Shown piece after piece: positions 32,139 through 44,418 of a stretch of DNA of 64,000 nucleotides. Both the position numbers and the translations under genes were made by a program. Source of the stretch: an uncultured Acidobacteriaceae bacterium (lineage in GTDB: Bacteria; Acidobacteriota; Terriglobia; Terriglobales; Acidobacteriaceae); contig CAVPBL010000017.1 of the NCBI GenBank assembly GCA_963701835.1, positions 97,116-161,115 on the forward strand. The letters are read 5' to 3'. The notes under the pieces were generated by a model. The model was not told the DNA's origin and did not search any database. It was given only the letters and a program-made list of their open reading frames with translations. Within the stretch, counting starts at the first letter, position 1, and every line of letters starts with the position of its first letter.

Positions 32139-32339
32139 ATGGAACAAGGCACAGTCAAGTGGTTCAACGACGCAAAGGGATTTGGATTTTTGAGCCGTGA
32201 AAACGGCGAGGACGTCTTCGTCCATCACACGGCCATCAAGTCGACCGGTTTCCGTTCGCTGCAGGAAGGCCAGAAGGTCCAGTTCGACGTGACCAAGGGC
32301 CCCAAGGGCTGGCAGGCCGAGAACGTCCAGGTTGTCTAA
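32139..32339 (+). CDS. cspA: Cold-shock protein
   Basis: [23 protein letters not shown]; long 5' UTR after extended -10 TGcTACACT (about 32020). Confidence 0.97.
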   Translation: MEQGTVKWFNDAKGFGFLSRENGEDVFVHHTAIKSTGFRSLQEGQKVQFDVTKGPKGWQAENVQVV

Positions 32340-32385
32340 GGGCTAACCCCGGGCAACCGGTTCGCAACCGAACCTTGGAACCAAT

Positions 32386-32421
32386 AAGAAGAGGGGCGGC
32401 AAAACTGCCGTCCCTCTTCTT
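32386..32421. terminator. Bidirectional intrinsic terminator
   Basis: AAGAAGAGGGGCGGC-aaaact-GCCGTCCCTCTTCTT between convergent genes. Confidence 0.8.
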
Positions 32422-32513
32422 GCGTTTGGCGGAGGATCTGCTGCCTCCCGATGGGTTCGAAAGCTGTCCTGTGCCTCATCGAAAACCTGAAATGGGAACT
32501 GAAAGCTGTCCGA

Positions 32514-32729
32514 TTATGCGGCGGGCTTCAGGATCTCTGGCGCAATGGCCGGATGCAGGCCTGCTCTGGGTGTATCGTGGGTGCCCAGGTACTGCAGAAC
32601 ATTGTTGATGGAATCTTCAAAGCGCGAGCCGGTCTTGTGGGTGGCTTTTACACCCTTTGAGACCAGTTGACAGACTTCAAAGCGGTTGATTCCTCGCGCC
32701 AGCGCGCGGTGGATCTGATCGGAACGCAT
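32514..32729 (-). CDS. Small RNA polymerase omega (RpoZ)-like protein
   Basis: MRSDQIHRAL...NRFEVCQLVSKGVK resembles the omega N-R-F/Y-x-L..A-x-K/R helix; RBS GGAG. Confidence 0.5.
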   Translation of the reverse strand: MRSDQIHRALARGINRFEVCQLVSKGVKATHKTGSRFEDSINNVLQYLGTHDTPRAGLHPAIAPEILKPAA

Positions 32730-32990
32730 GACGAACTCCGGCAAACAGGGTGATTGTTGCGTGGAGGTGCGAAGCTCGTCAGGAGCGGTCGGACAGCCGA
32801 AGCCGAGCAGGCCAGGCAGATGAAATGTCTGCTTTCATTGTACGCTACGAAGACCTCTGCCGCGGGTATTCACTCTAAAGCGGCGAAACCGCACGACTCG
32901 CTTTCGCCGGCCCCGATCTCCCTGTTACCATGGACTTCGCAAACCCGCAGGCCGGGACTCACTGAACACATTCGATGGAAAGAGGTTGAC

Positions 32991-33179
32991 GTGGCCGACA
33001 CCACAAACATCGAAGACAAGGCAGAACGCAAGAAGCTGAAGCGCGCGGCGCGCAAGAAAGCGGCCCCCAAGGCCAAGCGGACCACCCCGCGCGGCTCGCT
33101 GAAAAGAAAAGTGAAGAAGATGGCCCGCGGCCAGCGAAGCGGTAAAAGCAGCCATCAGCCTCGAGCTGCTAGCGTCTAG
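32991..33179 (+). CDS. Small Lys/Arg-rich hypothetical protein
   Basis: GTG after AGAGG; ERKKLKRAARKKAAPKAKR; host-like codon use. Confidence 0.55.
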   Translation: MADTTNIEDKAERKKLKRAARKKAAPKAKRTTPRGSLKRKVKKMARGQRSGKSSHQPRAASV

Positions 33180-33256
33180 CTTCACCAAGCTGCGGGCCAG
33201 ATTCCTGCGCTCAGCACAAGAAGAGCTAGAAGCTAGCGGCTAGACGCTGGAAGCTG
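33150..33256. repeat. Inverted heptamer arrays (xxCTAGC ... GCTAGxx)
   Basis: agctgctagcgtctagc and gctagaagctagcggctagacgctggaagc. Confidence 0.7.
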
Positions 33257-33277
33257 CTCTTGCAAGGAGGCCTTCCC

Positions 33278-34890
33278 TGCCCAGCCAACTGCTCGCCCGC
33301 AAGTCGATCGACAAGCTCATCAGCGACTCGGAAGAACCCGAGCACGCGCTGAAGAAGAGCCTCGGGCCGTGGTCGCTCACCGCGCTGGGCATCGGCGCGG
33401 TCATCGGCTCGGGCATCTTCACCGTCATCGGCACGGCCATGGCCGGGCCAGCATTTCGATCGTCCCACCATCGCCGAGCACGCCGCTCATCCACTACCTC
33501 ATCCTCCACACCGCGATTGCCGGCCGCCCCGGCGCCGGACCCGCCCTGGCGCTCTCCCTCGTGCTGGTCGCCATCGTCTGCGCCTTCACCGGTCTCTGCT
33601 ACGCCGAAATGGCCTCCATGATCCCCATCGCCGGCTCGGCCTACACCTACACCTACGCCACTCTCGGCGAACTCGTCGCCTGGATCATCGGCTGGGACCT
33701 GATCCTCGAATACGCCTTCAGCAACATGAGCGTGAGCGTCGGCTTCGCCGCGCACATCGTCGACCTGCTCGACTGGTTCGGCATTCATCCGCCGCTCATG
33801 TGGATCTCGCCCGCCTATCTGCCCACCGGCCTGCAGGACCTGGCCGGCAACAACCTCTACAATCCCGGCTGGCACTTCGGCTTCAACATTCCCGCCTTCC
33901 TCATCGTGATGATCCTCACGGTCATCCTGGTGCGCGGCATCCGCGAGTCGGCGCGCGCCAACAACATCATGGTGCTGGTGAAGATGGCCGCCATCCTGGT
34001 CTTCATCTTCGCCGCCGCCAGCTTCATCAAGCCGCACAACTGGCATCCCTTCATGCCCAACGGCTGGACGGGCGTGCTCACCGGCGGCTCCATCATCTTC
34101 TTCACCTACATCGGCTTCGACTCCGTCTCCACCGCGGCCGAAGAGTGCCACAATCCGCAGCGCGACCTGCCCATCGGCATCCTGGCCACGCTCGTCGCCT
34201 GCACGCTGCTCTACGGCGGCGTGGCCATCGTGCTCAGCGGCATCGTGCCCTGGCAGATCGGTCATGGGCGACGCGGCGCCGGTGGTCAACGCGCTCAAGC
34301 GGCTCACTATCGCTGCAGCGGCAGCAGCGAGTTGCACTGGGTGCGACTCTTCGTGCTGCATCGGCGCGCTCATGGGCATGATCTCGTCGATCCTCGTCTT
34401 CCAGCTCGGCCAGGCCCGCATCTGGTTCGCCATGTCGCGCGACGGCCTGCTGCCCCCCATCTTCAGCCGCATCCATGCGCAGTTCCGCACCCCGGCCTTC
34501 GCCACCTGGGTGGCCGGATTCGTCGTCGGCATCCCCGCCGGACTGCTCGACATCGGCACCGTCGCCAACCTCTCCAACATCGGCACGCTGTTCGCCTTCG
34601 TCCTCGTCTCCGCCGCCGTCATCATCCTGCGCTACCGCGAACCCGACCGCCACCGCGGCTTCCGCGCTCCGCTCGGTCCGGTGTTTCCCGTGCTCAGCAT
34701 CGTCTTCTGCATCGTTCTCATGATGGGCCTTGAAGTCATGACCTGGATGGCCTTCTTCGCCTGGCTCGTCATCGGCCTTGCTCATCTACTTCCTCTACAG
34801 CCGCCACCGCTCCGAGTTCGCCAAGTCCGCTCAAGCTGTCGCTCCTGCAGTGCCAGCCGGCTATCGGCGGCTTCCTCACGCATTCAGTGA
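33278..34890 (+). CDS. APC-family amino acid permease (frameshifted)
   Basis: LTALGIGAVIGSGIF, CYAEMASMIPIAGSAYTY, IGWDLILEY, YIGFDSVST, AMSRDGLLP, NIGTLFAF. Confidence 0.92.
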
Positions 34891-34977
34891 CGCTCCGACC
34901 CCGACTCCGGAAACTGGCCATAGCTCGCCGTCGCACTCGCTGCTCCAGCCATCGAACTATTCTGAACTGAGGTCCTC

Positions 34978-35701
34978 ATGAAAACCTGGCAAAAAGCTGC
35001 CCTCACAACCCTCATCACGCTCGCCATCGGCGGCATCTACCTCTTCTCTGTCTTTGAGCACCGCCGCAATCCCGGCGTTCTCCCCAAACCACTCCGCGAG
35101 CAAAACCTCACGCCCGACGACGTCGCCATCGTGCGCATGAAGTTCATGACCTCCTTTGACGATGCGCTCAAATTGCAGGGCACAAGCGTGTGGATGAAGA
35201 ACGGCTACACCATGCCCTACTTCCCGTATGAAGGCGGCCGCATCGTCTTCGCCAATCGCACCGGCGTCATTCCCGTCGGCGCAGCGCCTCGACATCAAGA
35301 AAGTCATCAAGGCCGTCCCGCCCGCGCAGGTAGACGACGGCATCTCGCACGGCAGCCGCCAGGTCTTCGCCGTCTTCGCATTGCCCGGCAGCCCAAGCCT
35401 CTACGCCACGGTCATCGGCGTCATGGATGGCAGCGAGGAAGAATACTTCTCCGACGTCCTCTTCTATTACGACGATCCCCACACCATCTACGACAACTGG
35501 CCCAGGAATGTGTGGTCCGCCATTGACGCGCACCAGGTCATCCCCGGCATGAGCGAACTTGAAACCCGTATGTCCATCGGCCAGAACCAGCACACCGACA
35601 GCTCCAGCGAAGGCAACCGCACGGTAACCTACGATCAGGCCGGCAAACAGTGGACCATCACCTTCGTCAACAACCGGGCGACAACGGTTAAGGGCCAGTA
35701 G
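34978..35701 (+). CDS. Hypothetical membrane-anchored protein (frameshifted)
   Basis: N-terminal TM; AIDAHQVIPGMSELETRMSIG SmpA-like tail; ORFs 34978..35526 and 35228..35701. Confidence 0.6.
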
Positions 35702-35740
35702 CTCGGCCGGGAGCCTGCCGGGAGAATCGATGACCGCCGC

Positions 35741-36760
35741 ATGAACGCGCATTGACCAGCTTCATTCGCCGCCTTCCCAAGGCCGAGCTGCACCTGCACC
35801 TCGAGGGCACCATTCTGCCCTGCGACGCTGGTCGAGCTCAGCGCTCGCCACGATACGCGCCCCCTCACCCTCGCCGAAGCTGAAGCGCTCTACCGGTTCA
35901 CTGACTTTACTGAATTCATCGAATCCTTCAAGGCCGTCACCCGGCGCCTGAAGGACCCCGAGGACTACGAGCTCGTCGCCTGGCGCATGATGCAGCATCT
36001 GGCGGCGCAGGGAGTCGTCCACGCCGAGGTCTTTATCTCCGTCGGCGTCATCTATATGTGGCGGAACTTCGATCCGCGCTGCTTCGAGCCCATCTTCGCC
36101 GCCCTCGAGCACGCTCGCGAGCGGGCCCTCCGCGAACTCGGCCTCTCGCTTTACTGGATCTTCGACGCCGTCCGTCACTTCACCGTCGAGGAGGCCGACC
36201 GCGTCTTCCGCAAGGCAGCCGAGATGCGCGTTCAGTACCCCTCAATCATCGGCATCGGCCTTGGCGGAGACGAGCGCCGCTCCGGCTCCGAGCCCTTCCG
36301 CCAGCTCTACGCCCGGGCCCGCGCCGCCGGCCTCCGCCTCACCAACCACGCCGGCGAAACCACCGGCCCCGAAGCCATCTGGGAAGCTCTCGCCATCGGC
36401 TCCGAACGCATCGGCCACGCGCTCTCCGCGGTTCAGGACGAATCGCTCCTCCAGGAACTGAGAGCGCGCAGCATTCCGTTGGAGCTGAACCCCACCTCCA
36501 ACGTCCGCACCGGCGTCTGCCCGTCCTTTTCCGCTCATCCCCTGCGCCGCTATTTCGATCTCGGCCTGCTGGTTACCCTCAACTCCGACGATCCCGCCTT
36601 CTTCGGCTCCGATCTCGTCAATGAGTTCCTCCTCGCACACACCCAGCAAGGATTTACTGGCGAAGAGCTGCGCCAGCTTGCCGCCAACTCCATCAGCGCC
36701 AGCTTTCTTCCCGAAATCGAAAAGGCCGCTTGGCTGGCCCGAATCGAAACTACCGCCTGA
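35741..36760 (+). CDS. add: Adenosine deaminase
   Basis: LPKAELHLHLEG, HAGET, ERIGH, LNPTSN, NSDDP. Confidence 0.92.
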
Positions 36761-36844
36761 ATTACTTCCGTGTTTTCCGCATCTGTCCGGCCAGCGAGCG
36801 GGACATAATCTGCGCTATCATTGAACTAGAGGAGGCTGCGCTCG

Positions 36845-37081
36845 ATGTCCGTCGATTCTGGATCCGAACTGTTCGCTGAAGAGTCCCCCGTGCCGGAGAA
36901 AGTGGGATCTACCGCCCTGCGCGTGATTACGTGGTTTTCCGTGGGGATTGCGGTGGCCGCGATCGGCATCTATGTGGGCACAGCGCTGCGCAGCCGCTAC
37001 AGATTCAAGAGGCGCACTCCTTACGACTTCTACTCCAATGCCGGCTCGCAGCAGGCAAACGAGTTCGGCGTCGGTATCTAG
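36845..37081 (+). CDS. Small single-TM hypothetical protein
   Basis: RBS GAGGAGG; TM followed by RSRYRFKRRTPYDFY. Confidence 0.65.
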   Translation: MSVDSGSELFAEESPVPEKVGSTALRVITWFSVGIAVAAIGIYVGTALRSRYRFKRRTPYDFYSNAGSQQANEFGVGI

Positions 37082-37154
37082 CCCCGGTTGTCGGCGTCTC
37101 AAAACAGCGCCCTCGGGCGGCATGTTAGCGTTTGCGGTCCATCGCAAACGCCTT

Positions 37155-37368
37155 CTAGCGCCGCAGCCGCGAAATCAATTACAAAATCGCCGACAGTACA
37201 ACGCTGATCAGATCACGCCCTGCGGGATGTCGAAGAAATGTTCTTGCCTTTTAAGATATCGCCGGGCGTCCTCAGCGCGGCTGTCATGCGCGAGGCCACA
37301 GATCGCTCGCGCCGATCACTGCAAGTAGCAGTCCCAATCTCCACGATCGATTTCCCAAAATCCTGCAT
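37155..37368 (-). pseudogene. DUF2905-family small membrane protein, disrupted
   Basis: Reconstructs as MQDFGKSIV.IG.LLAVIG...PGDI..GKN.....LISVVLSAIL...ISRLRR with several indels or stops. Confidence 0.5.
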
Positions 37369-37432
37369 CGGCAGCACGCCATCTCCAATAAGACAATCCC
37401 TGTTCCCTAAGTCCCTTAGTTCCCTGCTTCAT

Positions 37433-39972
37433 TCACTTCGTCCCGATCAGCCGGATGCGCGCCGTGAAGGCCCGTCCCTGAAACTCGCTGAACGTTCCGA
37501 ACTCCGGTGAATCCACGACATTGTTCACCACCAGGGATTCCCGCTGTCCGTCGCATTCTCCATCACGCCGCGCAGTCCCCAATACTGTCCGCGAAAATGA
37601 AACTTCCATTCGAGTCCTGGGCTGAAGTTCGACAGTCGCGGGAAAGCGCTGCGCCTCCCGCCGCTCCCACCACCTGGCTGCGCCGCATTCACCGCCGTAA
37701 ACGGAAAGCCGGTATGCGGTCGAGCAGGTACACAAAGTCCCAGCGATTCTTCAGCATTTGCAATCGGAACCGGCAGCCAGCCCCAGGAGATCACCCGATT
37801 CGGCGTATCCCACGCCAGCGGCCCGCTCTGCTGCGGCCCCAGCGGCGACGGCGTCGGCAGATAATCGAGCGCCGCATTGGTGCGCGCCGACGAATGCGTG
37901 TACGACACATACACCGTGTACCCGTTCGCAAACAGCCGTCGCACGTCGAACTCTTCTGAGCTGATAGTGATCCTGCGCGCCCATTGGTCAGCAGATAGTC
38001 GCCCGCGAGCGCTCGCCGCTCCCGCTTCTGATTCGGCAAACGTGAAGACATTCGACGTGCGCTTCTCAAGAAAGTTCGCGCCGCCAAAGATCGACCAAGG
38101 CAGCTTGCGCTCCACGCCCACGCTCCAATTCAAAGCCCGCGGCTCGTGCAGCAGAGCCATCGTTGGCGGTGAATTCTGTCTCCTCGCCGGGCCCGTCGGC
38201 GTCACGTCCGCATCCGCTGCGTAATACGTGTCGTAGCGGATGCCCGCGTAGGTCTGCGCCAGATACTCCAGTTGCGTGTGCTCGTAGTAGAGCCCGATTC
38301 CCGCCGAAATCTTCGTCTGTGTCCTTGTCTCCGGGCGGCGCATACACCACCGCCAGTCGCGGCGACACGCAGCGGCCGCCGCACAATCTCGTCCCAGTCG
38401 AAGCGCAGCCCCGGCTCCACAAGCCATCCCTTCGCCGGCTGCCAGCGATCCTGAACGTACGCGCCGATCTCGGCGTTGTGCAACGTGAAACGCCGGCGCC
38501 GGCGCAAACGTGCTCTCTCGCCGAGGCCCTTCAGGCCAGGAGTCCCGCCCTCGCGCAGGTAGCTCACCGGCGCGCGCGTCTGCCTCTGGTCATAAGCAAT
38601 GTGGTCCAGGTCCAGTCCCGCCCTCACTTCGTGCCGGCCCAACCATTCCCGCGCCGGTAAATACAACGTCGCCGTTCCCTCCAGCCGCTGCGAGCGCCCG
38701 GTGAGGTTCTCGAAATAGCTGCCCTCCGGTAAGCTCCGGCGTGATCTGGTAGGGCGTGTTGCCATGCGGCTCATACCCGTCGCGAATGCGCACATACCCA
38801 ATTCCCAGATCGAGCAGCGCGCCGCCGGCAAAACTCTGCTGGTCCCGCAGGTACGGCATCCACGCAATCGTGTTGCGCTTTACCGTGCTCTGCTGCGGCG
38901 TCAGCGGCGAGATGCCGTCATAAGGCGAGTGATAGTTGTTGTAGAGCAGGCCCGCAGTGAGAATATTCGCCGCGGTCACATTCTCCTGCACCTTTACCAG
39001 ATTGCTCCCACGCACCAGTTCGTCGGTATTAGCGTTGGCCGGCAGCTCGGAGATGTAAATATTGTCATACTCTGTCTCCACACCGTCATACCACCACGCG
39101 CGCCCGCGCTTCAGTGGCCCCGAAAATGTGAATCGCGGAACAAACTTGTCGAAGCGGATGCCGTTCTTGCTGCGAAAGGATGGAATGAAGTTCGTCGCAT
39201 TGAAGCGGAACTTGTCATCGCCCATGCCGGTATAGAGCGCGATCACGCCGCCGGTGGCGCGGCCGAACTCCACCGGATAGCGCGTGGTCTCCGAGTTGAT
39301 CGAGCGCACTGCATCGGCGCTCACCCGCAGGCTCAGCGAACCGCCGACCGGCGAGCGGATATCGAATCCGTCCATCGTGTCCAGCGTCTCCCAGGTCTCA
39401 GAGCCGGCCACATGCACCTGCTCGGTCGCATCCGGCACTACGCCCGGGTTGAAAGGGAGCAGATTGCGGATATCGCGCGATGTCGGATAAGGAATGTTCA
39501 CGATCTCCGGTGTGTTCAGCGTGTTCTGGTCGGAGACCTGTTCAATATCGATGCCCGGCGACGACGCTGTCGACGTTCACCTGCTCGCGCACAATCTGCT
39601 CGTGGGCCAGCACCACTCTTATGCTGTTCTGGCTGGCATCGATTCCGCTCTCATCGGCTTGGTAGAACCCCGGTTTGTCCACACGAATCCGGTACGGCTT
39701 CCTGCTGCCGAAGCGCGTAGCTGCAATTCCCAGCGTAATCCGTCCATAGATTCGCCGCCTCGAGTCCCGGCTCCATTATCGCCACTTGCGCGCCGGAAAC
39801 CGCCATGACCGTTCTCATCGACCACCGTCACCGTCACGCGCGCGCCAACCGTCTTTTGCTGGCCCACCGCAAGCGCAGTGCAGCTCAGAAGAAGCAGTCC
39901 AGCCGCAACCCGCCTGGCGCCGCCAAATCGCATCCTAAGTTCAAGCCGGAACCACCTCAAAACGCTCCGCAT
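37433..39972 (-). CDS. TonB-dependent receptor-like outer membrane protein (frameshifted)
   Basis: Signal peptide, carboxypeptidase-like N-domain, plug (YPVEFGRATGGVI), YVQDRW, GLRFD beta-barrel motifs. Confidence 0.8.
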
Positions 39973-40153
39973 CGCCGCCAGTATAGTCCCGGCCGGTTCG
40001 TCACGAATCATATGTGGTAATAGACGGGCGGCTCATTCGCAGGTTTGTTCGATGAACAAAGCTTCACTTTGCCGATCTTCAGGCACGGTCAAGACCGTCC
40101 TGCCGCCTCAACTTGCTGCACAAAAAGCTACCGGCTTCGGTTCTCGCCACAAT

Positions 40154-41512
40154 TCACAAATTCGGCGGCTCGTAGACGCCAAGCCGGATCGACTCGCTCA
40201 GAATCGCTCGCGAGTGGAGCTCAGTGAAGACTCCGGCTTCTTGGGCGGAAGGGGGCTCCGGCCCTTCGGCGGACTCCGCCGTGGCGGGATGTTCGAACCC
40301 AGCCATCGCCCTGACCGCATCGCGATCGCGGCCCGCCAGCCTCAGGTAGCCGATCTCATCCGTGCAGAGCGCAAACGCAATCACCACCACCACCAAAGCC
40401 AGATACCGGTTGTCGTTGAGCAACGGCCCGCTCCGCTGCCGCAGGAATTCCTCCGCGACCGCCATCCAGGCGAAGATCAGCAGCAGCGCGCCGTAGATGG
40501 TGTAGCGCGATGATAGGCCTTGCGTCAGGCCCAACTCTGAGCGAAGGCCGGCCACGCCCACTGCCGTCAGTAGCAAGAACACTACGCAGTAGGATACGAG
40601 CGGATTCCGCCGGATGTACCCCCGCCACGCCAGCCAGCCGAATAGAAGCAATAGGATCGCACCCAGCGTCAGGCAAACCTCCACGCTGCCGAAAATTCCG
40701 GGAGTAATTGCCCCCGCGTCGCCGACAAATACGATCGCATAATCCGGGCGTATGTGCAGTAAAGTGCTAAACACTGCGCCGTTAGGTCGCGCCTGCGACG
40801 ACATCGGATTATAGTGGTACGCGTATGCGGCAACGCAAGCTCCCGAGACCGCCAGCCAGCCTGCAGTTCGGGCGAACCTACGCTGTATCGCTAAAGTCAT
40901 CAGCCCCAACGGAAGCAACACAAACCCTTCGCCTGAGGCCGCAATTGCCAGCGCATACAGAACCGCCGCTCCGCTGTATGCCTTGCGTGTGCGCCCCTGC
41001 AGGCACATGATCGCCCCCAGACAAAACACGACCACCCACAAATTCTGCAAAGAAGCCATGGCCCAATTCAGCGTCTCCCAATACTCCAATTGAAAGAGCA
41101 GCCAAGCCACCGGCACGAAATATGCCAGCCGTTTGACCAGATCCTTCTCGAACGGCAGAAACATCCGCCACAACAGCAGCGCCAGTACCAGCACTGCGCT
41201 GTCGCCCAGCACGCAAAGCTGTGCAAAGTTCACGTGACCAAGCAGGACAAACTGCGCCCAGGCCACGCCATTCCCGAAGAAGAGCTTGTACTCGTTATGC
41301 TGCTCACCAAGAAATACCCAGAACTTGGCCTCCGTACCTTTCGCCTGGACCATCTCATTCAGAAACCGCAGTACCGCATCGTAATCATCCTGTATGGGAA
41401 GGTTGACAAGGTGGCGGAACAGCGAGACGTAAAAAAGCACAGCAGGACACGCTGTGAGGATTGCAGGAATCGCTGCTCCGGCCAGGCTCTTCCTCTGCGT
41501 CTCGGCGAGCAT
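40154..41512 (-). CDS. Multi-pass membrane protein, predicted GT-C-type glycosyltransferase
   Basis: NLPIQDDYD loop, QHNEY, SSRY; about 10 TM segments; follows the GT2 gene. Confidence 0.6.
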   Translation of the reverse strand: MLAETQRKSLAGAAIPAILTACPAVLFYVSLFRHLVNLPIQDDYDAVLRFLNEMVQAKGTEAKFWVFLGEQHNEYKLFFGNGVAWAQFVLLGHVNFAQLCVLGDSAVLVLALLLWRMFLPFEKDLVKRLAYFVPVAWLLFQLEYWETLNWAMASLQNLWVVVFCLGAIMCLQGRTRKAYSGAAVLYALAIAASGEGFVLLPLGLMTLAIQRRFARTAGWLAVSGACVAAYAYHYNPMSSQARPNGAVFSTLLHIRPDYAIVFVGDAGAITPGIFGSVEVCLTLGAILLLLFGWLAWRGYIRRNPLVSYCVVFLLLTAVGVAGLRSELGLTQGLSSRYTIYGALLLIFAWMAVAEEFLRQRSGPLLNDNRYLALVVVVIAFALCTDEIGYLRLAGRDRDAVRAMAGFEHPATAESAEGPEPPSAQEAGVFTELHSRAILSESIRLGVYEPPNL

Positions 41513-41520
41513 TCACAGCC

Positions 41521-42311
41521 TCATGGGCGCCGCGCGCTTTGCGAGTAATACTGCTGAGTCAGTTTTCTGCCCGCGGCGCCGTAGCGCGGCAGGTGGACGA
41601 TTCCCAGCTTATGGGCAACAAAGCCGGCGGTGGTGGCCAGCACGCCCAGGCCGTACTTCACGCTGCGCCTGAAGTTGATGGAGGAGGCTTCCTCAAAATA
41701 CTTCGTCGGGCAGGAGATCTCGCCGATCCGGAAGCCGAACATCACGGCCTGCGCGATCATCTGGTTGTCGAAGACGAAATCGTCGGAGTTTTCGAGCAGC
41801 GGCAGCGTTTCCAGCAGCTCCCGCGAAAAGGCGCGGAATCCGGTGTGATACTCCGACAGCTTCACGCCCAGAAACAGATTTTGAAACGCCGTCAGCAGCC
41901 GGTTGGCAGACATATTTGTAGAGCGGCATTCCGCCTTTCAGCGCCCCGGCGCCCAGAATCCGCGATCCCAGCACCATGTCGTAGACGCCGCTGGCGATCA
42001 TGCCCGCCATGGCCGGAACCAGCGACGGCGTGTACTGGTAATCGGGATGCACCATCACCACGATGTCCGCGCCCGGCTGCCAGCGCCTCGCGATAGCAGG
42101 TCTGCTGGTTGCGCCCGTAGCCGTAATTCGCATCGTGAACGAACGTCTGCACGCCCAGCTTGCGCGAAAGCTCCGCCGTCTTGTCCTTGCTGGAGTCGTC
42201 AACCAGGATCTTGATGTCCACCACGTCGGACAGCTCCCGCACGGTCTTTTCCAGCGTCTTCTCGGCGTTGTACGCCGGCATCACCACCGCAATTCGTTTC
42301 CCGTTGATCAT
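41521..42311 (-). CDS. GT2 polyprenol-phosphate glycosyltransferase (Dpm1/GtrB-like, frameshifted)
   Basis: [42 protein letters not shown]. Confidence 0.9.
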
Positions 42312-42404
42312 TCGCTGAACTCCCGGCGAATCCTGGTGGCCCAACCTCGCCGGGCCTTTGTCCTTCTGGATGGAGCCGGAAACACGAGCCCTGTTCCGCC
42401 TCAC

Positions 42405-44161
42405 TCACTTCCCGATCGCTGGTTCCGTCATCGGGTACGGCGACATTCGGGCCGGAATCGCGTCCGGCTCAACCAGCCAAACCTTCCGATTCCCGTAATA
42501 ATGGATCAACTCTAAATTATCGGCAGCGTCCATCTCTCTTGCCCATACGACTTTGGAACCATCGATGTCCGCCCGGTTATAAACCCATTCGTCGAATGGA
42601 TCGTGGTTTCCGCAATAGCGGACGATCACCAGTTGCTTGCCAGGCAGCTGTTCGAGCCAGCGCTTCGATCTGCGCCCGTTCCACGCCAAAATGTTCGGGA
42701 CCCAAACCATGTGAAATTCCAGTTGCTCGGCGGCCATTCGCGGCGGCGCGATATGAAGCGGCTGCGCAAAAAGCCGCAAGCCCGCCAGCAGCACGCACAC
42801 TGTCACGGTCGAACCGCACCATCGCCAGCCCCACCGGTTTTCCCTCAGGCTTCCACAGCCGCAGGTGCCGCATGGCCTGCAATCCGATCGCATAAAAGGC
42901 CGCGGTGAACGGCGCCACATAGTGCGGCAGAAGATAGATCTCGATCACCATTCCGGCCGCCAGCACCAACACGCAAACCACCAGAAACCGGATGCGGCGG
43001 TCGAGAAACACGCGGCGCACCATGATGAGCGGAATCAATAGCGCGAAGCCGGCATAAAACAGAAATGTGAAGGCGACTTTTTCCAGCGTGTGCGGCAGAA
43101 ACCCGCTGAGCGAGTGGATCTTTGTCAAAGAAATCTCACCTCGCCCTTGTGATAGAAGCTCCGCATCTCCGCATAGCGGTAGTCCGGCTCGGGCCGCGCG
43201 TTGCTGCCACACATAATACGGAGCGATCGCGTAGGTGTTGCGATCCACCGTGTAGGGCGGAGTAAGCGGACTTCCGAAGGCGCGATAATCGTAGTAGCCC
43301 ATCCATGCGCACGGCGGCCATACCAAACGCCAGCGGCGCCGCGGCCAGGCGCGACTATCGCAGCCGCGCTCGGCCGGTTCTTCCCCTTCCACATCCAGCG
43401 GCCCAGCACCACCGCAACCGGCAGGCAAAGCAGAATGCCCTCGTATGGCCGCGTCAGCACCAGAATCGCAATGCCGATGCCGATCAGCACCGCATAGCGA
43501 ATACGCGCGGTCTTCATCAGCCGCGGCAGCGCCGCCCAGGATCAGCGCTCCGCCCAGCGCGCCCAGCGAGCCGCCGGCGTGATAGGTGTTGGTCCAATAA
43601 CTGAAAACGCCCAGGCGCAGCACCGCGATCAATCCGCCCAGCAGCGCCCAGTTCGCCGGCAGCCATGCCTGCAGCATCCAGCAGAGCGCCGCGCACATCA
43701 GCGCGCTCACGATCAGCAGTCCGATCCATGGATTTCCGAAGAGGACCTTGCTCGCGGCCAGCACCAGTCCCTGCCCGGGAAAGTACATCGACTGATAGGT
43801 CGGCTGCATGGTGATGTGGATGCTTTCGAAGTGCGTCCACATCGCGGGCGTTGGATTCGTCAGCCGGCCGTGCGCAAACGTGTCGCAGGCAAGCAGAAAG
43901 CTGAAATCGTCGGGAACAAAGGGCAGCGGAACTGGGAATAGAGGAAGAATGGCCAGCCGCAGCAGGATCACGCTGAGTCCAACGGCACGCTACCGCCAGA
44001 CCTCGTTTGCGCGCCAACCGTGCAAAGCTCTGCTCGATCCGCGCGAAAACGCCGGCGCCCAGCCGCGGCCAGGCAAACGCCGACGCAATAGCGATCGCCG
44101 TCAGGCCGCATTCAAGAATCAGCAGGGCAGGGTTCGGCTTATGGGCTGAAGGCAGTAGCAT
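42405..44161 (-). CDS. Large membrane protein, predicted GT-C glycosyltransferase (frameshifted)
   Basis: PDDFSFLLACDTFAHGRLTNP, SMYFPGQG, TRPYEG, EWVYNRADID. Confidence 0.6.
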
Positions 44162-44418
44162 ATCGGTTCGGCAAACAAGATCCCGCAGAGATCATCGCGA
44201 TTTTACGACATTCGCAGCGGAACACGTCCAAGGGATCCATCTACCCGAACCCGCTTCGTCACCTCGCTACGCCCACTCAAAACCACGGGAGAGCATGAGC
44301 CGGTGGCGGAGGGTCTTCACCGGCTCATCTCTCCCGTAGAACGGTCAAAGTTGTAAACGCGCAAATCGCGAGGAGCGCTGCGGTGGAACGGCCACCCCGG
44401 CTGCGCGTGTCCATTCGA

